Assembly: GCA_964528465.1 (NCBI GenBank)
Contig: CAZGSN010000667.1
Location: 1 to 43,581 of the forward strand
Origin: an uncultured Candidatus Binatia bacterium
Lineage (GTDB): Bacteria; Desulfobacterota; Binatia; HRBIN30
DNA length: 43,581 nt
Reading direction: 5' to 3'
How positions within the stretch are numbered: the stretch's first letter is position 1; every line of letters begins with the position of its first letter. The notes beneath the pieces are model-generated. The model had not been told where the DNA came from and ran no database searches. It saw only the letters and a list, made by a program, of their open reading frames with translations. The translations under genes were made by a program, and so were the position numbers. Shown one piece after another: positions 15,386 through 24,868 of the stretch.

Positions 15386-17491
15386 TCACCGTTGGTAGAT
15401 CGTGGTTCCGCCCTGTTTGAAGGCAACCTCCAAAGAGCCGAACTTCTGCAGCCCCGCGGAGGGATACTCCTTACGCTCGACCTCGCCAACGATGACGTAC
15501 TTGACGCTGTGGGCATCGAGTAGGGAAGTAACTTCTTCCAGTGTCGTGGCGTTGTAGATGCGTTTGACCTCTTCCTGGCGTTTGCCGACATCGGGATGAT
15601 TGCTACGCCACAAGCCTTCATGGTTTCCCCAACCCATCAGGGTGGGTAGGCCGGTGTTGCTCGACATGCGTGCAAAGTACGAATACGGGTTGCCGGTCGC
15701 TTCCAAGATCACCGGAAGGCCCTGGACGTTGGCGCGCAGCCATTCCACGGCGGCAAAGTCGTCGCGATGATCGCGACGCATGTAGTCGTTGCCGTCGAGA
15801 GAGCGCGGGGCGAATGGATGCGTCAACCGCGTCACGGTAACCCCTACCGGATACACAGCCGCGGCCAGACATAGGGCGCCGACCAGCGTGCCGGCGGTGG
15901 TTCTTACGTTGCTCGGCAAGCCACGGTCGGTGAGCAAGCGCATCAAGCACCACGGTCCCGCAATGGAAAGCAAGAACCAGGCTTGCAGGTAGAGTTTGAA
16001 CACTGTGTTCATGCGGTAGAGGCGATCGCCGTAAGGGTCGCGGATGAACACCAATTCACACGCCAGCAAGGCGGCGCATCCGGCGACCACCACCAGCAGC
16101 GGCCCGCGGTCTTCTTCCTCGTCACTGCCGTAGGCGGCAACCAAGGCAGCGGTCAGTATCGCTAGGAGAATCGGGAAGACGGCGTTCCCGGCCATGAGGG
16201 CGATTACCACGGCCAATACGACCAGCCCCAACAAGAGCTGTCGTTGCTCCGGCTTTGCGGAGATGTGAGGGCCGACACGCAACATCAGATAGAGCGCCGG
16301 CGCGATCAACAGGCCACCGAACACGGTCATGAACTCTGCCAGAGAAGTGGTGGCGAACTTGAAACCGACGCCGCCGCCGGGGGCTTGGAAGTTGAGATAG
16401 AAAGGAAGGAACAGAACGTAGCTGCCGACCAGCGCCCCAACCACACCCAGTACAACGCCGATGCGCTCGCGCGTGAATAGTGGGGTGAGAGGTAGGTGCC
16501 GGTGCAGCAGTAAGAAGGTCGTCATCGCCCCCACCGGCAATTCCCAGGTGCTGATTGCCACCATGGCGCCGAGGACAAAGGTAATGACAAACCACGGCCA
16601 CAATCCTTTGTAAGAGCTGGTATCGCCGCGCTCGCGTTCGGGATCGAGGAGCAGTCCGAGCAGCAGGATCATCACCGGCATCACCTGGAAGTGCGGGTGC
16701 AGATCCCCATGAATGGCGGTGAAGTAGGGAAACTCGTTGATGGTGGAGTCGCCACCGACAATGCGCGTCGAGCGGAAGTAGTTGAATGCCGTGAGGCTGC
16801 CCGACTCGAGCAGTTGTAGAAAGCCATCGAGATTGCCGAACAAGATGCCCATGGCTCCGGTGAGCAGTGCAAACGAAAGCTTGCGTGTGAGCACCATGCC
16901 AACGGCGACGAGTTCGCTGAACACCAGTCCGCCGAGGGTTGCGACGCACAGGTTGTAAGCGATCGGCGCGGCGATTGCGGTCAAGCGCGCCAAGTTGGCC
17001 AGGATCAAGTATCCGAAGTAGTAGTAGTTGAAGACCTTGCCGGCCATCCACGGATCTTGCGGCGGCATCACCTCGGTACGAATCAAGGTGTTGAAGAAGG
17101 CAAAGTCCATGTACTTCTCTTGGTCGGTGATCTGCGGCAGCAGGGAACGTTGCCAAGCGAAGAAGGCAAAGCCGAGGGTCCACAGCACGTCTGTACGCAC
17201 GATGGTGCGCCAGCCATCGCTAGCCAGCCAAGGGAGCAACGCGTCGCGGCGGCGCAGCAGCAGCACGCCGTTGAGCCCAGCGAAAAAAAGCAGCGACAAC
17301 CACAAGGAAGACGAGTACCCAATCCCCAGGTGTCCGAGCAGCCAGGCATCGTAGGTGACGACCAGCAAGGCAACGATCTTGCCGAAGGCATAGCCGTAGT
17401 CGGCGCGCTTCGAGAAGAGAACACTGGTTAACGGAAGTGCAATGAGGCCCAAGCCCTCGAGCACCAACCACCACACGACAAGCTGGCCCAT
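15386..17491 (-). CDS. DUF2298 (Chlor_Arch_YYY-type) polytopic membrane protein, function unknown (GT-C-like)
   Basis: DQEKYMDFAFFNTLIRTEVMPPQDPWMAGKVFNYYYFGYLI, with the YYYFG motif at nt 17009-17029. It is highly hydrophobic throughout. The C-terminal soluble part LPVILEATGNPYSYFARMSSNTGLPTLMGWGNHE is paralogous to the central module of the 1598-aa protein. The start is ambiguous: ATG 17491 (MGQLVVWWLVLEGLG...) or TTG 17530 (track). Confidence 0.85.
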   Translation of the reverse strand: MGQLVVWWLVLEGLGLIALPLTSVLFSKRADYGYAFGKIVALLVVTYDAWLLGHLGIGYSSSLWLSLLFFAGLNGVLLLRRRDALLPWLASDGWRTIVRTDVLWTLGFAFFAWQRSLLPQITDQEKYMDFAFFNTLIRTEVMPPQDPWMAGKVFNYYYFGYLILANLARLTAIAAPIAYNLCVATLGGLVFSELVAVGMVLTRKLSFALLTGAMGILFGNLDGFLQLLESGSLTAFNYFRSTRIVGGDSTINEFPYFTAIHGDLHPHFQVMPVMILLLGLLLDPERERGDTSSYKGLWPWFVITFVLGAMVAISTWELPVGAMTTFLLLHRHLPLTPLFTRERIGVVLGVVGALVGSYVLFLPFYLNFQAPGGGVGFKFATTSLAEFMTVFGGLLIAPALYLMLRVGPHISAKPEQRQLLLGLVVLAVVIALMAGNAVFPILLAILTAALVAAYGSDEEEDRGPLLVVVAGCAALLACELVFIRDPYGDRLYRMNTVFKLYLQAWFLLSIAGPWCLMRLLTDRGLPSNVRTTAGTLVGALCLAAAVYPVGVTVTRLTHPFAPRSLDGNDYMRRDHRDDFAAVEWLRANVQGLPVILEATGNPYSYFARMSSNTGLPTLMGWGNHEGLWRSNHPDVGKRQEEVKRIYNATTLEEVTSLLDAHSVKYVIVGEVERKEYPSAGLQKFGSLEVAFKQGGTTIYQR

Positions 17492-17750
17492 TGGAGGCAG
17501 GGTTTTGGAACAATTCGGGCATGATTGCAACGACGCCGGCTTCGCACGCCAAATCGCTTGGGCGGGGAATCCGGCTCATGCGCCGCGGGGGCGCGGCGTC
17601 TCCATTGCTTGTAAATATTGATGAATCTGAGTTGGAGACGGGCCGCCCTCGGCCCGCGTCTGGTGTAGGAATGGTTTGGCGTGCAAAGCCCCCCGCTGCT
17701 CTAAATTTGCGCGAGCCGACAAGAATCGAAGCGTTTGTTTTACAGAGTGC

Positions 17751-19199
17751 TTACATGCCCAGGTCGCGCCGGATCTTGTCGAGATCGGGGCGGAGCAGCG
17801 GGTCGTTATCTCCGAGCTGACTCATTTCCAGGAGTATGACCTCCAAATGCTCGCGGCCTTCCTGCGTGCTTGCGGCCTGGCGAGGGCTCAAGCCTTTGAG
17901 AACTTTCAGGGGGGTATCAATCCAGGTGGCGTAGTGCTTGGCGATCATTTGCTTGACGATGGCCTGCGCCCGCGGGTCGTTGCGAAGCTCCTCGGATCTT
18001 GCGGCCCGCTGGGCGGCGCCCGGGTCTGCGGGCTGCTTGTGCCGAGGATCGGTGTTCAAGGGTTGGCTCGACATGGATTGGAATAGGGTTTTCCCCACCA
18101 GGCGTCGTTCGATCTCGCCACGGATGCGAGCGGCCCTTGCTTGTGAGTCGACTTCCGCCGTCAATGCCTCGCCGTCGATACGCAGGCATCCGAGCGTGAT
18201 GTAGCCGGCTGTGGGGTCTGCCGCGTCACTGTCTCGGAACCAGCTCACATTCACGGCTTGTAGGTTGCCGGCCGAATCGTAACGGGCTCCGTCGGCTTGC
18301 TCGGCGTTGTCTAGGGCGAGGTCCTTTAGTGCGCTGAAGGCTTCCTGTGGTGTGCACTGCAAGGTGAAGTACACCTTGGTGGGAAGCAGGGGTTCGCCGT
18401 CGCTGTTGAGCATCTCAATAGTACGTTCCGGTTCCTCCGAGAACGCCATGTCGAAGTAGAACTCGCGGAGTTCGTTGGACACCCGGGTAAGAATGTCCTC
18501 TGTCAGCATTGCCGATGGCGCAAGCTCGAAGTCTTGGGCGAGTTGGGTGCGCAAGTCGAGGATCACGTGGTGCCGGCGCGGGCTCAGGGGCAGTGGAGCG
18601 CAGCCGACCATGAGCGCAATCCCATCCATCTCGATCACGCGCGTAAATAGGATCTGGCTGGGTTTCACAACACGGCTCGCCTGCAACTCGAGGACAGTCA
18701 CCTGCTGCCCAGTGAGAATATTCCGTAGCCCCATGCTGGTTCCAGGCTGGACCTCGATCACGGAATAAAAGGAATAGGGAGTTCGGCAAAGAGTGCTTGC
18801 CAGACGTTGCTCGAGGCTGTCGAAGCGCTCGGGGTGGCGTGCGATGGCCTCTAGCGCCAGCGGTTGCTTGGGCAGGTCTATGTCAGGCCAGTCTTCGGGG
18901 TCCGGACACCAGTCGAAGGTGATCCAAATCGGGAACATGGTCTCGCGGAACAGATCTTCATCTTCCTGGTCGAATTCATCGCCTAAGGTGAGGTCTTCCC
19001 ACGCCAGTTCCGCGAGGGCAGAGGATGCGTAGCGCTGGCGGGCGTAGCGGATGGACGCGTCGACAAGTCTACCCTCGGCAGTGCGTAGCCTCTCGCGCGC
19101 CAGCGTAGTGGGCGATGGCGGTGCTCCCGCGCAACAATGCTTGAACTTTTTACCACTGCCGCAAGCGCACGGGTCGTTGCGACCGATCTTGTTCCTCAT
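17751..19199 (-). CDS. SEC-C motif (CxC...HCC zinc-binding) protein of unknown function
   Basis: N-terminal MRNKIGRNDPCACGSGKKFKHCCAG is a SEC-C metal-binding motif. ATG 19199 is preceded by aaGGTGcagg (SD-like, 5-nt spacer). The track ORF extends to 19277. The C-terminal HYATWIDTPLKVLKGLSPRQAASTQEGREHLEVILLEM loosely resembles DUF2384/Xre-antitoxin-type helical domains (weak call). Confidence 0.7.
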   Translation of the reverse strand: MRNKIGRNDPCACGSGKKFKHCCAGAPPSPTTLARERLRTAEGRLVDASIRYARQRYASSALAELAWEDLTLGDEFDQEDEDLFRETMFPIWITFDWCPDPEDWPDIDLPKQPLALEAIARHPERFDSLEQRLASTLCRTPYSFYSVIEVQPGTSMGLRNILTGQQVTVLELQASRVVKPSQILFTRVIEMDGIALMVGCAPLPLSPRRHHVILDLRTQLAQDFELAPSAMLTEDILTRVSNELREFYFDMAFSEEPERTIEMLNSDGEPLLPTKVYFTLQCTPQEAFSALKDLALDNAEQADGARYDSAGNLQAVNVSWFRDSDAADPTAGYITLGCLRIDGEALTAEVDSQARAARIRGEIERRLVGKTLFQSMSSQPLNTDPRHKQPADPGAAQRAARSEELRNDPRAQAIVKQMIAKHYATWIDTPLKVLKGLSPRQAASTQEGREHLEVILLEMSQLGDNDPLLRPDLDKIRRDLGM

Positions 19200-19474
19200 C
19201 CTGCACCTTTGCTGTCCGCCGGGTCTGCGATCTATTCCGAGCTGGGTGGCTGATTGGCGCGAGACAGTTAGTGCCATCCGCCTCCGGCAGCAAGTGCCAC
19301 CTATGCGCAGGTGCGCGTCCCTCTTATCGATGAGACCCTACATCCGCGAGCGCCGGGCTGAGAGAAGGCTTCGCTACGTGATTGTTGCCGGTCCTGCTGC
19401 GTGTACTAGGCCGCCGCCGCGTGTCGCCATGCGACCGCATTGGCGCCTACCGCCAGCCAAGAGCCGCAAACGAC

Positions 19475-19517
19475 ATGCAGACAAGGTCTGCCGCGCGGCG
19501 GTGGAGCTTGTCTGCAT
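19475..19517. terminator. Candidate hairpin downstream of the giant minus-strand gene (weak terminator candidate)
   Basis: atgcagacaag (19475-19485) and cttgtctgcat (19507-19517) are perfect 11-bp inverted repeats with a 21-nt GC-rich loop. There is no clear U-tract on the minus strand, hence the low confidence. Confidence 0.25.
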
Positions 19518-19720
19518 TGCATCTCCCAGAAGCAACGCATCAATAACCTAGGCACATGGGCACATGGGAACCGAAGGCTGAGGCTCGACCTATTGAGTGC
19601 CACTCCACACTCGGTTGTCCGCGCAAGATGGTGCCCGAGGTGCGAGAACAATAGGCCTTGGGAGGCGGGGCTCATCCTCTGCCTTAACGAGAGGCTGCCA
19701 CCATGTTGTGACCCGCGGGC

Positions 19721-22700
19721 CTATCGAGCTGCGGCCTGGAATTCGGTTCGGTCGCTCTTCTTGGTGCTGGACGAATCGAAAACGCTCGACCAGCAGTCTT
19801 CGGAGGCACTACTGTGCAGTTGCACAACTACCGTGGGATTCTGGTCAAGGAGCTGCTCGTCATTCGATGGGACCGGTACTGGAAGGTTGGACCCTTTCCC
19901 TACAACCTTAAGCGAAGGACGGCCCGCCTCTCCGCCAGCAAGCACAACCCTGACTACGCCGCTCTCGTTGCCCCACGGATTCTTGTAGCGCCACCCCTTC
20001 GTCCCGAGAGTTTTCCAGCACGGTGTTGTGCCGCACATCTCGGGGGCAATGCGAAGAACCATGGCCAGCGAATACTGGGCCGGGTCTGCTTGTTCGTAGA
20101 GGCACAGCGCGTAGCTGCTTGCGCCAGTCACGGGATCGCCGAATGCTGCCTGACTGAGTGACGTTGTGCCCCGCTTCCAGCTCCATTCGAAGTTGCTTCT
20201 CGCGCCTTTGGATGTGACCTCTAGTGAGTTCCTTGCGGCGGTGTAAGTGCATTGCACCGGTGCAATCGGGCATTCAATGGCGAATCTTGGTGTTGCCGTG
20301 GGTGCCGGAGGCGGAGTTGGAGTGGTGGTCGGCACTTCAGTGGGTGTGGTCGTTTCTGAGGCCGAAGGAAGGCTTGTGCTGCTTAAGGTCGGTGTGGCGG
20401 TTGGCGTATCGGTTTGGGTGCTTGCTGGTGTCAGCGTCGGGGTCAATGTCTGCGTTGCGGTTAACGTCAGAGTTGTAGTCGGTAGTGGGGTTTGAAGTGC
20501 GGTTGCAAAGTGCAGTAGGGGCGCCTTGTAGACCAGAACCCGCGTCCAATCCCAGTCGGCTAGGTAGAGGTTGCCGTCGCGATCGAAATACGAAACGGCT
20601 GCGAACGACACGTAGTCTCCAAGGACTAGTTGTGGTTGGTAGTTCTGGTCCTTGTTCAAGTAGACCATGGGAAAGCGCGGGCCAATGTAAGGGTTCGCCC
20701 CGCCTAGAATCATTCTTCCGCTTGAGTCGAACGCCGGGGCACGTACAGGCGCTGCCACGTCGTGAGCGGCCAGCGGGTATCGGGGATTGTTTAAGGCTGT
20801 TGCCAGCGTGAAGTCCTGTGGGCCTCCGTTGCCATAGATGCTGTCGGCTGGGATATTCAGCAGTACCTGGGTAGGGTGATCTGGAATCGTGCCGGTATTC
20901 CAGCGCAAGATCTGCGAATAGCCGCCATCCTGGCCACCCGTGGCATTCGTTTGGACGAAGAGGTTTCCAGCCGAGTCGAGCAGGGGTAGATTCTCGGCTC
21001 CCAACGTGTCTCGGTCGTAGGCCCACGTCCCACGCCCCTGATTCACATAATACGATTGGAGATCCTGCTGGCCAAGAATGGTGTCGACATACGCGGGTTG
21101 CCCTGGGTCCTCTAACCCATCAATGTTGGTGGCGCGCAATATTCTTGCTGGACCTTCACCCTCGGAGAACCAGACTTGGTCCCCTGAGCCCACAGGGAAG
21201 AACCGAAAAAACGTCAATGGCGGGATCGTAGGCCCGCTTCCTGGAAGGGTCCGGATGCTACCGGTGGCATCTTTGTATTTTGAAATGGAGATACTCTTAA
21301 TTGGGGCGGAGTTGGTGGTGAGTGGTGCGGCGAAGAGGTGTAGGTGGGTGGCGTCGTTTCCGACAACGATCCAAATACGGCCGCTATCGTCACCGGCAAT
21401 GCGATAACCCGGATGCCCTGCAGCCGAGGGGGACTGCCACATCCCGTCGGGCAAAGGAGAAATCTCATTTCCTTGAGTAACCCGACGGTAGTCGTTCCAA
21501 AAGCGGACTCCGTCGTTGTCTGAGACGAGCAACTGATCACCAACGATCGTGATGCCGCTGACACCCCAGAGCGAATCTTTTGTGACCGCACCGACTCCTA
21601 GGAACGCTGGCGTTCCGGGCGATCCTGATGGTGGGGTTTCGCCTGGGGCAAGCCGGAATAATCCGGTGTTGCTCCATGCGTCTACGGTGAACAGGTCACC
21701 CTCGTGACTGACGGTAAGGCCACGAAATTGTCCAGAGCGCAGCTTGGTCAACATCTGTTGGCTGTGGACGTCAAACAGCGCTTGCGTTGCGGAACTCATC
21801 TCAACCCAGATGCGGCCCGGGTAGCGTGGGTCCAGTGCAATCTGGCTGGCTGAACCGTAGTCTAGATCATAGGTAATGAAGTCCAGCGACTGGTGCGGGT
21901 TTGCTGCGCCGGGTTGCGGGTTGGCGAAGCGCCAAACTCCGAAGCTGCCTGAAACGTAGAGGTCCCCTTGTGCATCCACCTGCACCGAAGTCGGATGCCA
22001 CAGCCCGGTCAGCGCCAAGTCGGCGGTCTTCTCGACGCCGCCAGTGCTCGCATTTCGCGGAAAGCGCAGGACGCGGCTATTGGACTCGGCAGAATCGACC
22101 ACCCACAAATTGCCTGATCCATCTATTGCGACGGAGGTGGGGAAACAAAGCGAAGCCATTGTCGGCAGTCCACCTCGGTTGCACTTGTTTGCCTCGAAGT
22201 TGTCTTGTCCCCAGACTTCAGCAGCCGCCGTGCCGTTGCTTGGATCAAAGGGGTCTCGATACATGAGGACGCGATGATTCCACTCGTCGGGAACGTAGAG
22301 GTTATGATCAGCGTCCACCGCGTTCTGGATGTGAATGACCGATTCGCCGATGCTGATGGAATCTGGGCTCAATAGGCAGAGAGTGCTCGCGTTGGGTGCG
22401 GGATAATTTGGGAATGTTTGCCGGGTGCCATCGCCGTTGCAGGCGCTGAAACCCGTATCGCTCGGCTGGCCGAGAACAAAGGCCGGGGCAATCTCTCCCG
22501 GCGTCAAGTCGCACCGCTCCCCGGGTTCACAATCCGAATCAATACTGCAGATCTCCTCGGAGAACCGGCAGCGACCGACACCCTCAAGCCCAAGAATCCG
22601 ATTGTGGTTGCCATCCACAAGAAAGACATGTGTTCGACCGGTGGCGGCGTAATCGACGGTCACGCCACCGCCATATTGCGTGTGGTATGGGTCCGTTCCT

Positions 22701-24868
22701 AAAAATGTGTTCTCTGCAAAGCCTGCCTGTCCCAGCACTGCATCTGCCCACAAGTCCCCCGGCTGGCCGCGAACGATCTCATCGGCATGATGGTAGTCTG
22801 CTAGCGTGCAGGGCCCGATAATGTTGGAGGTTTGCGTTCCAGACGAGGTTTGCGCCAAAACGCGGTAGTAATAGCCAGTAGCCGATTGCAGGTGATATAT
22901 GGGGCTCAAACTCGCTGTGCTGCGTCGCTGAAACCGTCGCCAGTCATCGAGCGGCCATCCCGTGTCGCCCAATCCGTTGACCGTTGCGTCCGTCGTGTAA
23001 CTGACCAAGGCCGAGCTGTTGAAGAACGGGGTCGTGTCACGTTGGACAACATACCCGGCGGCTGTGGTTACGCTGTCCCATGCCATGGCGATCTGGATGC
23101 CCGTATGGTCGACGTAGCGTAGAGCGAAATCTGACCGACTACCCAAGGGGGTGGAAATAGCGGTCAATGTCGGAGTCCGGGTGGGCGTCGGCGTTCCGGT
23201 TGCTGATGGTGTCGATGTGGGCTGCCCGGTGTAGGTGGGGACCGGGCTCAATGTTGGTGTTCGTGTCCGTGTTGGCGCGCGAGTGGCCGTCAGCGTCGGA
23301 GTGGGGTTGCCCACGGTATAATGGCTCCAGACTTGCGATGCGCTAAGGGCGGTTGGGTAGAATGCTAACTCGTCCATGTGGCCGTAGAATGGACTCCCCC
23401 CACCGCTGCCGGCGATGCCTGCCTGCCAATAGGTGCCGCTTATGGGTGTGGTCACCAGCGCCGATACGCCTTCTTCCATGCCGTTGATGTACAGGCGAAT
23501 TCGGCCGTTGGCTTCGAGTGTGGCGACCACGTGATACGTTGTGTCAGGCATGACGGTAGTGGTGCCAACGACGCTCCCGGTGACCGTACCATTGACAATA
23601 AACTGAAACTTGCTCGATGAGTTAATGAGCAATACATGAACCCAATTGTCAGTTGCATCTAGGCGACCAATCAGTGCTCTTGGCGCGACGGAGCCGGTTG
23701 GACGGAACCAGCCTTCGATCGTATAGCTCTGGGTGCTTGCCGTAACTGGGGCGGTTACGCCGGATCCGACCATAAAGGCAGAGTGTCCTGGATCCCCAGG
23801 GGGCAGTCCTGTTTGGCCGAAGACAACGTCGTCAGGCGGGCATGCCGGGGGGCACCAACCGGCTGTGTAGGATCCATGCAAGCCCAGAGGGCTCGCATCG
23901 ACGGCTGTGCGACCTGCCAGTTCCTCCAGCTTGTAATACGGACCGGCTCCGTCACTTAGCACTACAACGGAATAAACCCCGTTCGGTGGCGTAGAGACTG
24001 AGGTCGCCGAGGCTGTGGGAGTAGGCTGCCCTGTGTGTGTTGGCAGGGGGCTCGACGTCGGCGTCGCGGTATTCGTCGGTACGGGTGTCTGTGTCGAGTT
24101 GGGTGCAGAGTTTCCTGCGGCGTAGTGTGCCGATATCTGTCCTGCGGTGAGCGCGGTTGAGTAGAAGGCCAGCGCGTCCATGTTGCCATAAAACGGGCTT
24201 CCCCCGTCGCTGCTGGCAAGTCCTGCCTGCCAATTGGTGCCAGAAAGAGGTGCACCCACTAGAGTGGACGTGCCTTCTTCAACGCCATTGATGTAGAGAT
24301 GAATACGTCCACTGGCCTCGAGCGTAGCTGCTACGTGGTACGTCGTGTCAGCGATGACCGTGGTGCTGCTTACGACGCTGCTGCCAACCGTACCCTTCAC
24401 TGTGTATTGGAACTTGCCTGCCGAGTTGGTCAGCAGCGCATGAACCCAAGTGTCCGTTGCGTCGTGGCGAGCGATTAGTGCTCTGGGGGCAACGGAGCCG
24501 GTGAGACGAAACCAGCCCTCAATGGTGTAGCTCGCGGTATCGGCACGCGGCGGTACGACCACACCGGAACCAACCATGAAGACGGAGGAGCCCGGATCGC
24601 CCAAGAGGATCCCTGCCTCGCCGAAGATAACGTCGTCCGGTGGGCATGCCGGAGGACACCAGCCCGCGGTATAGGCTCCGTGGAGATTAAGGGGGCTTGC
24701 ATCCACCGCCGTTCGCCCGGTCTGCTCGTCGAGGCGGTAGTAGGGCGCTGCACCGTCGCTAAGCACCACGCTCGAATAGTCCGCGTAGGATCGACATGCT
24801 ATCAACAGAACTAAAAAGCCGACAATAAAGACGAATTTACTTGAAAGTGTGTCCCCTTGGCTCGCCAT
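19721..24868 (-). CDS. Giant secreted or lipid-anchored surface protein: 2x LamG/ConA-like lectin domains, FN3-like domain, large NHL-like beta-propeller region, Cys-containing C-terminal domain, three Pro/Thr-rich linkers
   Basis: ATG 24868 gives MASQGDTLSSKFVFIVGFLVLLIACRSYADY, a signal peptide with a possible lipobox LIAC. The track ORF uses TTG 24901. The LamG-like repeats end in ...FYGNMDALAFYSTALTAGQISAHY and ...FYGHMDELAFYPTALSASQVWSHY. The FN3-like segment reads IAMAWDSVTTAAGYVVQRDT...YYYRVLAQT. There are at least 10 blade-like motifs, including VDGNHNRILGL, DEWNHRVLMYRDPF, SNSRVLRFPRN and DWDWTRVLVYKAPL. PT linkers include TPTPTRTPTLTA and TLTPTLTPASTQTDTPTATPT. Confidence 0.85.
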   Translation of the reverse strand: MASQGDTLSSKFVFIVGFLVLLIACRSYADYSSVVLSDGAAPYYRLDEQTGRTAVDASPLNLHGAYTAGWCPPACPPDDVIFGEAGILLGDPGSSVFMVGSGVVVPPRADTASYTIEGWFRLTGSVAPRALIARHDATDTWVHALLTNSAGKFQYTVKGTVGSSVVSSTTVIADTTYHVAATLEASGRIHLYINGVEEGTSTLVGAPLSGTNWQAGLASSDGGSPFYGNMDALAFYSTALTAGQISAHYAAGNSAPNSTQTPVPTNTATPTSSPLPTHTGQPTPTASATSVSTPPNGVYSVVVLSDGAGPYYKLEELAGRTAVDASPLGLHGSYTAGWCPPACPPDDVVFGQTGLPPGDPGHSAFMVGSGVTAPVTASTQSYTIEGWFRPTGSVAPRALIGRLDATDNWVHVLLINSSSKFQFIVNGTVTGSVVGTTTVMPDTTYHVVATLEANGRIRLYINGMEEGVSALVTTPISGTYWQAGIAGSGGGSPFYGHMDELAFYPTALSASQVWSHYTVGNPTPTLTATRAPTRTRTPTLSPVPTYTGQPTSTPSATGTPTPTRTPTLTAISTPLGSRSDFALRYVDHTGIQIAMAWDSVTTAAGYVVQRDTTPFFNSSALVSYTTDATVNGLGDTGWPLDDWRRFQRRSTASLSPIYHLQSATGYYYRVLAQTSSGTQTSNIIGPCTLADYHHADEIVRGQPGDLWADAVLGQAGFAENTFLGTDPYHTQYGGGVTVDYAATGRTHVFLVDGNHNRILGLEGVGRCRFSEEICSIDSDCEPGERCDLTPGEIAPAFVLGQPSDTGFSACNGDGTRQTFPNYPAPNASTLCLLSPDSISIGESVIHIQNAVDADHNLYVPDEWNHRVLMYRDPFDPSNGTAAAEVWGQDNFEANKCNRGGLPTMASLCFPTSVAIDGSGNLWVVDSAESNSRVLRFPRNASTGGVEKTADLALTGLWHPTSVQVDAQGDLYVSGSFGVWRFANPQPGAANPHQSLDFITYDLDYGSASQIALDPRYPGRIWVEMSSATQALFDVHSQQMLTKLRSGQFRGLTVSHEGDLFTVDAWSNTGLFRLAPGETPPSGSPGTPAFLGVGAVTKDSLWGVSGITIVGDQLLVSDNDGVRFWNDYRRVTQGNEISPLPDGMWQSPSAAGHPGYRIAGDDSGRIWIVVGNDATHLHLFAAPLTTNSAPIKSISISKYKDATGSIRTLPGSGPTIPPLTFFRFFPVGSGDQVWFSEGEGPARILRATNIDGLEDPGQPAYVDTILGQQDLQSYYVNQGRGTWAYDRDTLGAENLPLLDSAGNLFVQTNATGGQDGGYSQILRWNTGTIPDHPTQVLLNIPADSIYGNGGPQDFTLATALNNPRYPLAAHDVAAPVRAPAFDSSGRMILGGANPYIGPRFPMVYLNKDQNYQPQLVLGDYVSFAAVSYFDRDGNLYLADWDWTRVLVYKAPLLHFATALQTPLPTTTLTLTATQTLTPTLTPASTQTDTPTATPTLSSTSLPSASETTTPTEVPTTTPTPPPAPTATPRFAIECPIAPVQCTYTAARNSLEVTSKGARSNFEWSWKRGTTSLSQAAFGDPVTGASSYALCLYEQADPAQYSLAMVLRIAPEMCGTTPCWKTLGTKGWRYKNPWGNESGVVRVVLAGGEAGRPSLKVVGKGSNLPVPVPSNDEQLLDQNPTVVVQLHSSASEDCWSSVFDSSSTKKSDRTEFQAAAR
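23306..24778 (-). repeat. Intragenic tandem duplication of a ~223-aa LamG-like module (aa 42-264 and 310-532 in track-ORF numbering from TTG 24901) separated by a Pro/Thr linker
   Basis: Copy 1 (nt 24110-24778) and copy 2 (nt 23306-23974) align colinearly. Shared strings include VLSDGA.PYY.L.E..GRTAVDASPL.LHG.YTAGWCPPACPPDDV.FG, SYTIEGWFR.TGSVAPRALI.R.DATD.WVH.LL.NS and DTTYHV.ATLEA.GRI.LYING.EEG. Confidence 0.85.

Noticed and set aside
16122-17183. 353-aa minus-strand off-frame ORF inside the DUF2298 gene
   Set aside because: It is an Arg/Pro/His-rich alternative frame. The DUF2298 frame has hydrophobic TM periodicity and family motifs.
17638-17663. GC-rich imperfect hairpin (gacgggccg-ccctc-ggcccgcgtc) downstream of the SEC-C gene as an intrinsic terminator
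   Set aside because: The stem is interrupted and no U-tract follows on the minus strand, so it is too weak to call.
19406-19988. ORFs 19406..19675 (-) and 19440..19988 (+) near the 3' end of the giant gene
   Set aside because: Their composition is Cys/Arg/Pro-rich. One overlaps the giant gene's C-terminal domain in antisense. No family signature is present.
20267-20464. Short periodic ACN/CCN repeats (also around 23130-23310 and 23980-24110) that at first looked like tandem DNA repeats or a CRISPR-like array
   Set aside because: They are in-frame Pro/Thr linker codons of the giant protein. There are no conserved direct repeats with unique spacers, and no CRISPR array exists anywhere in the window.
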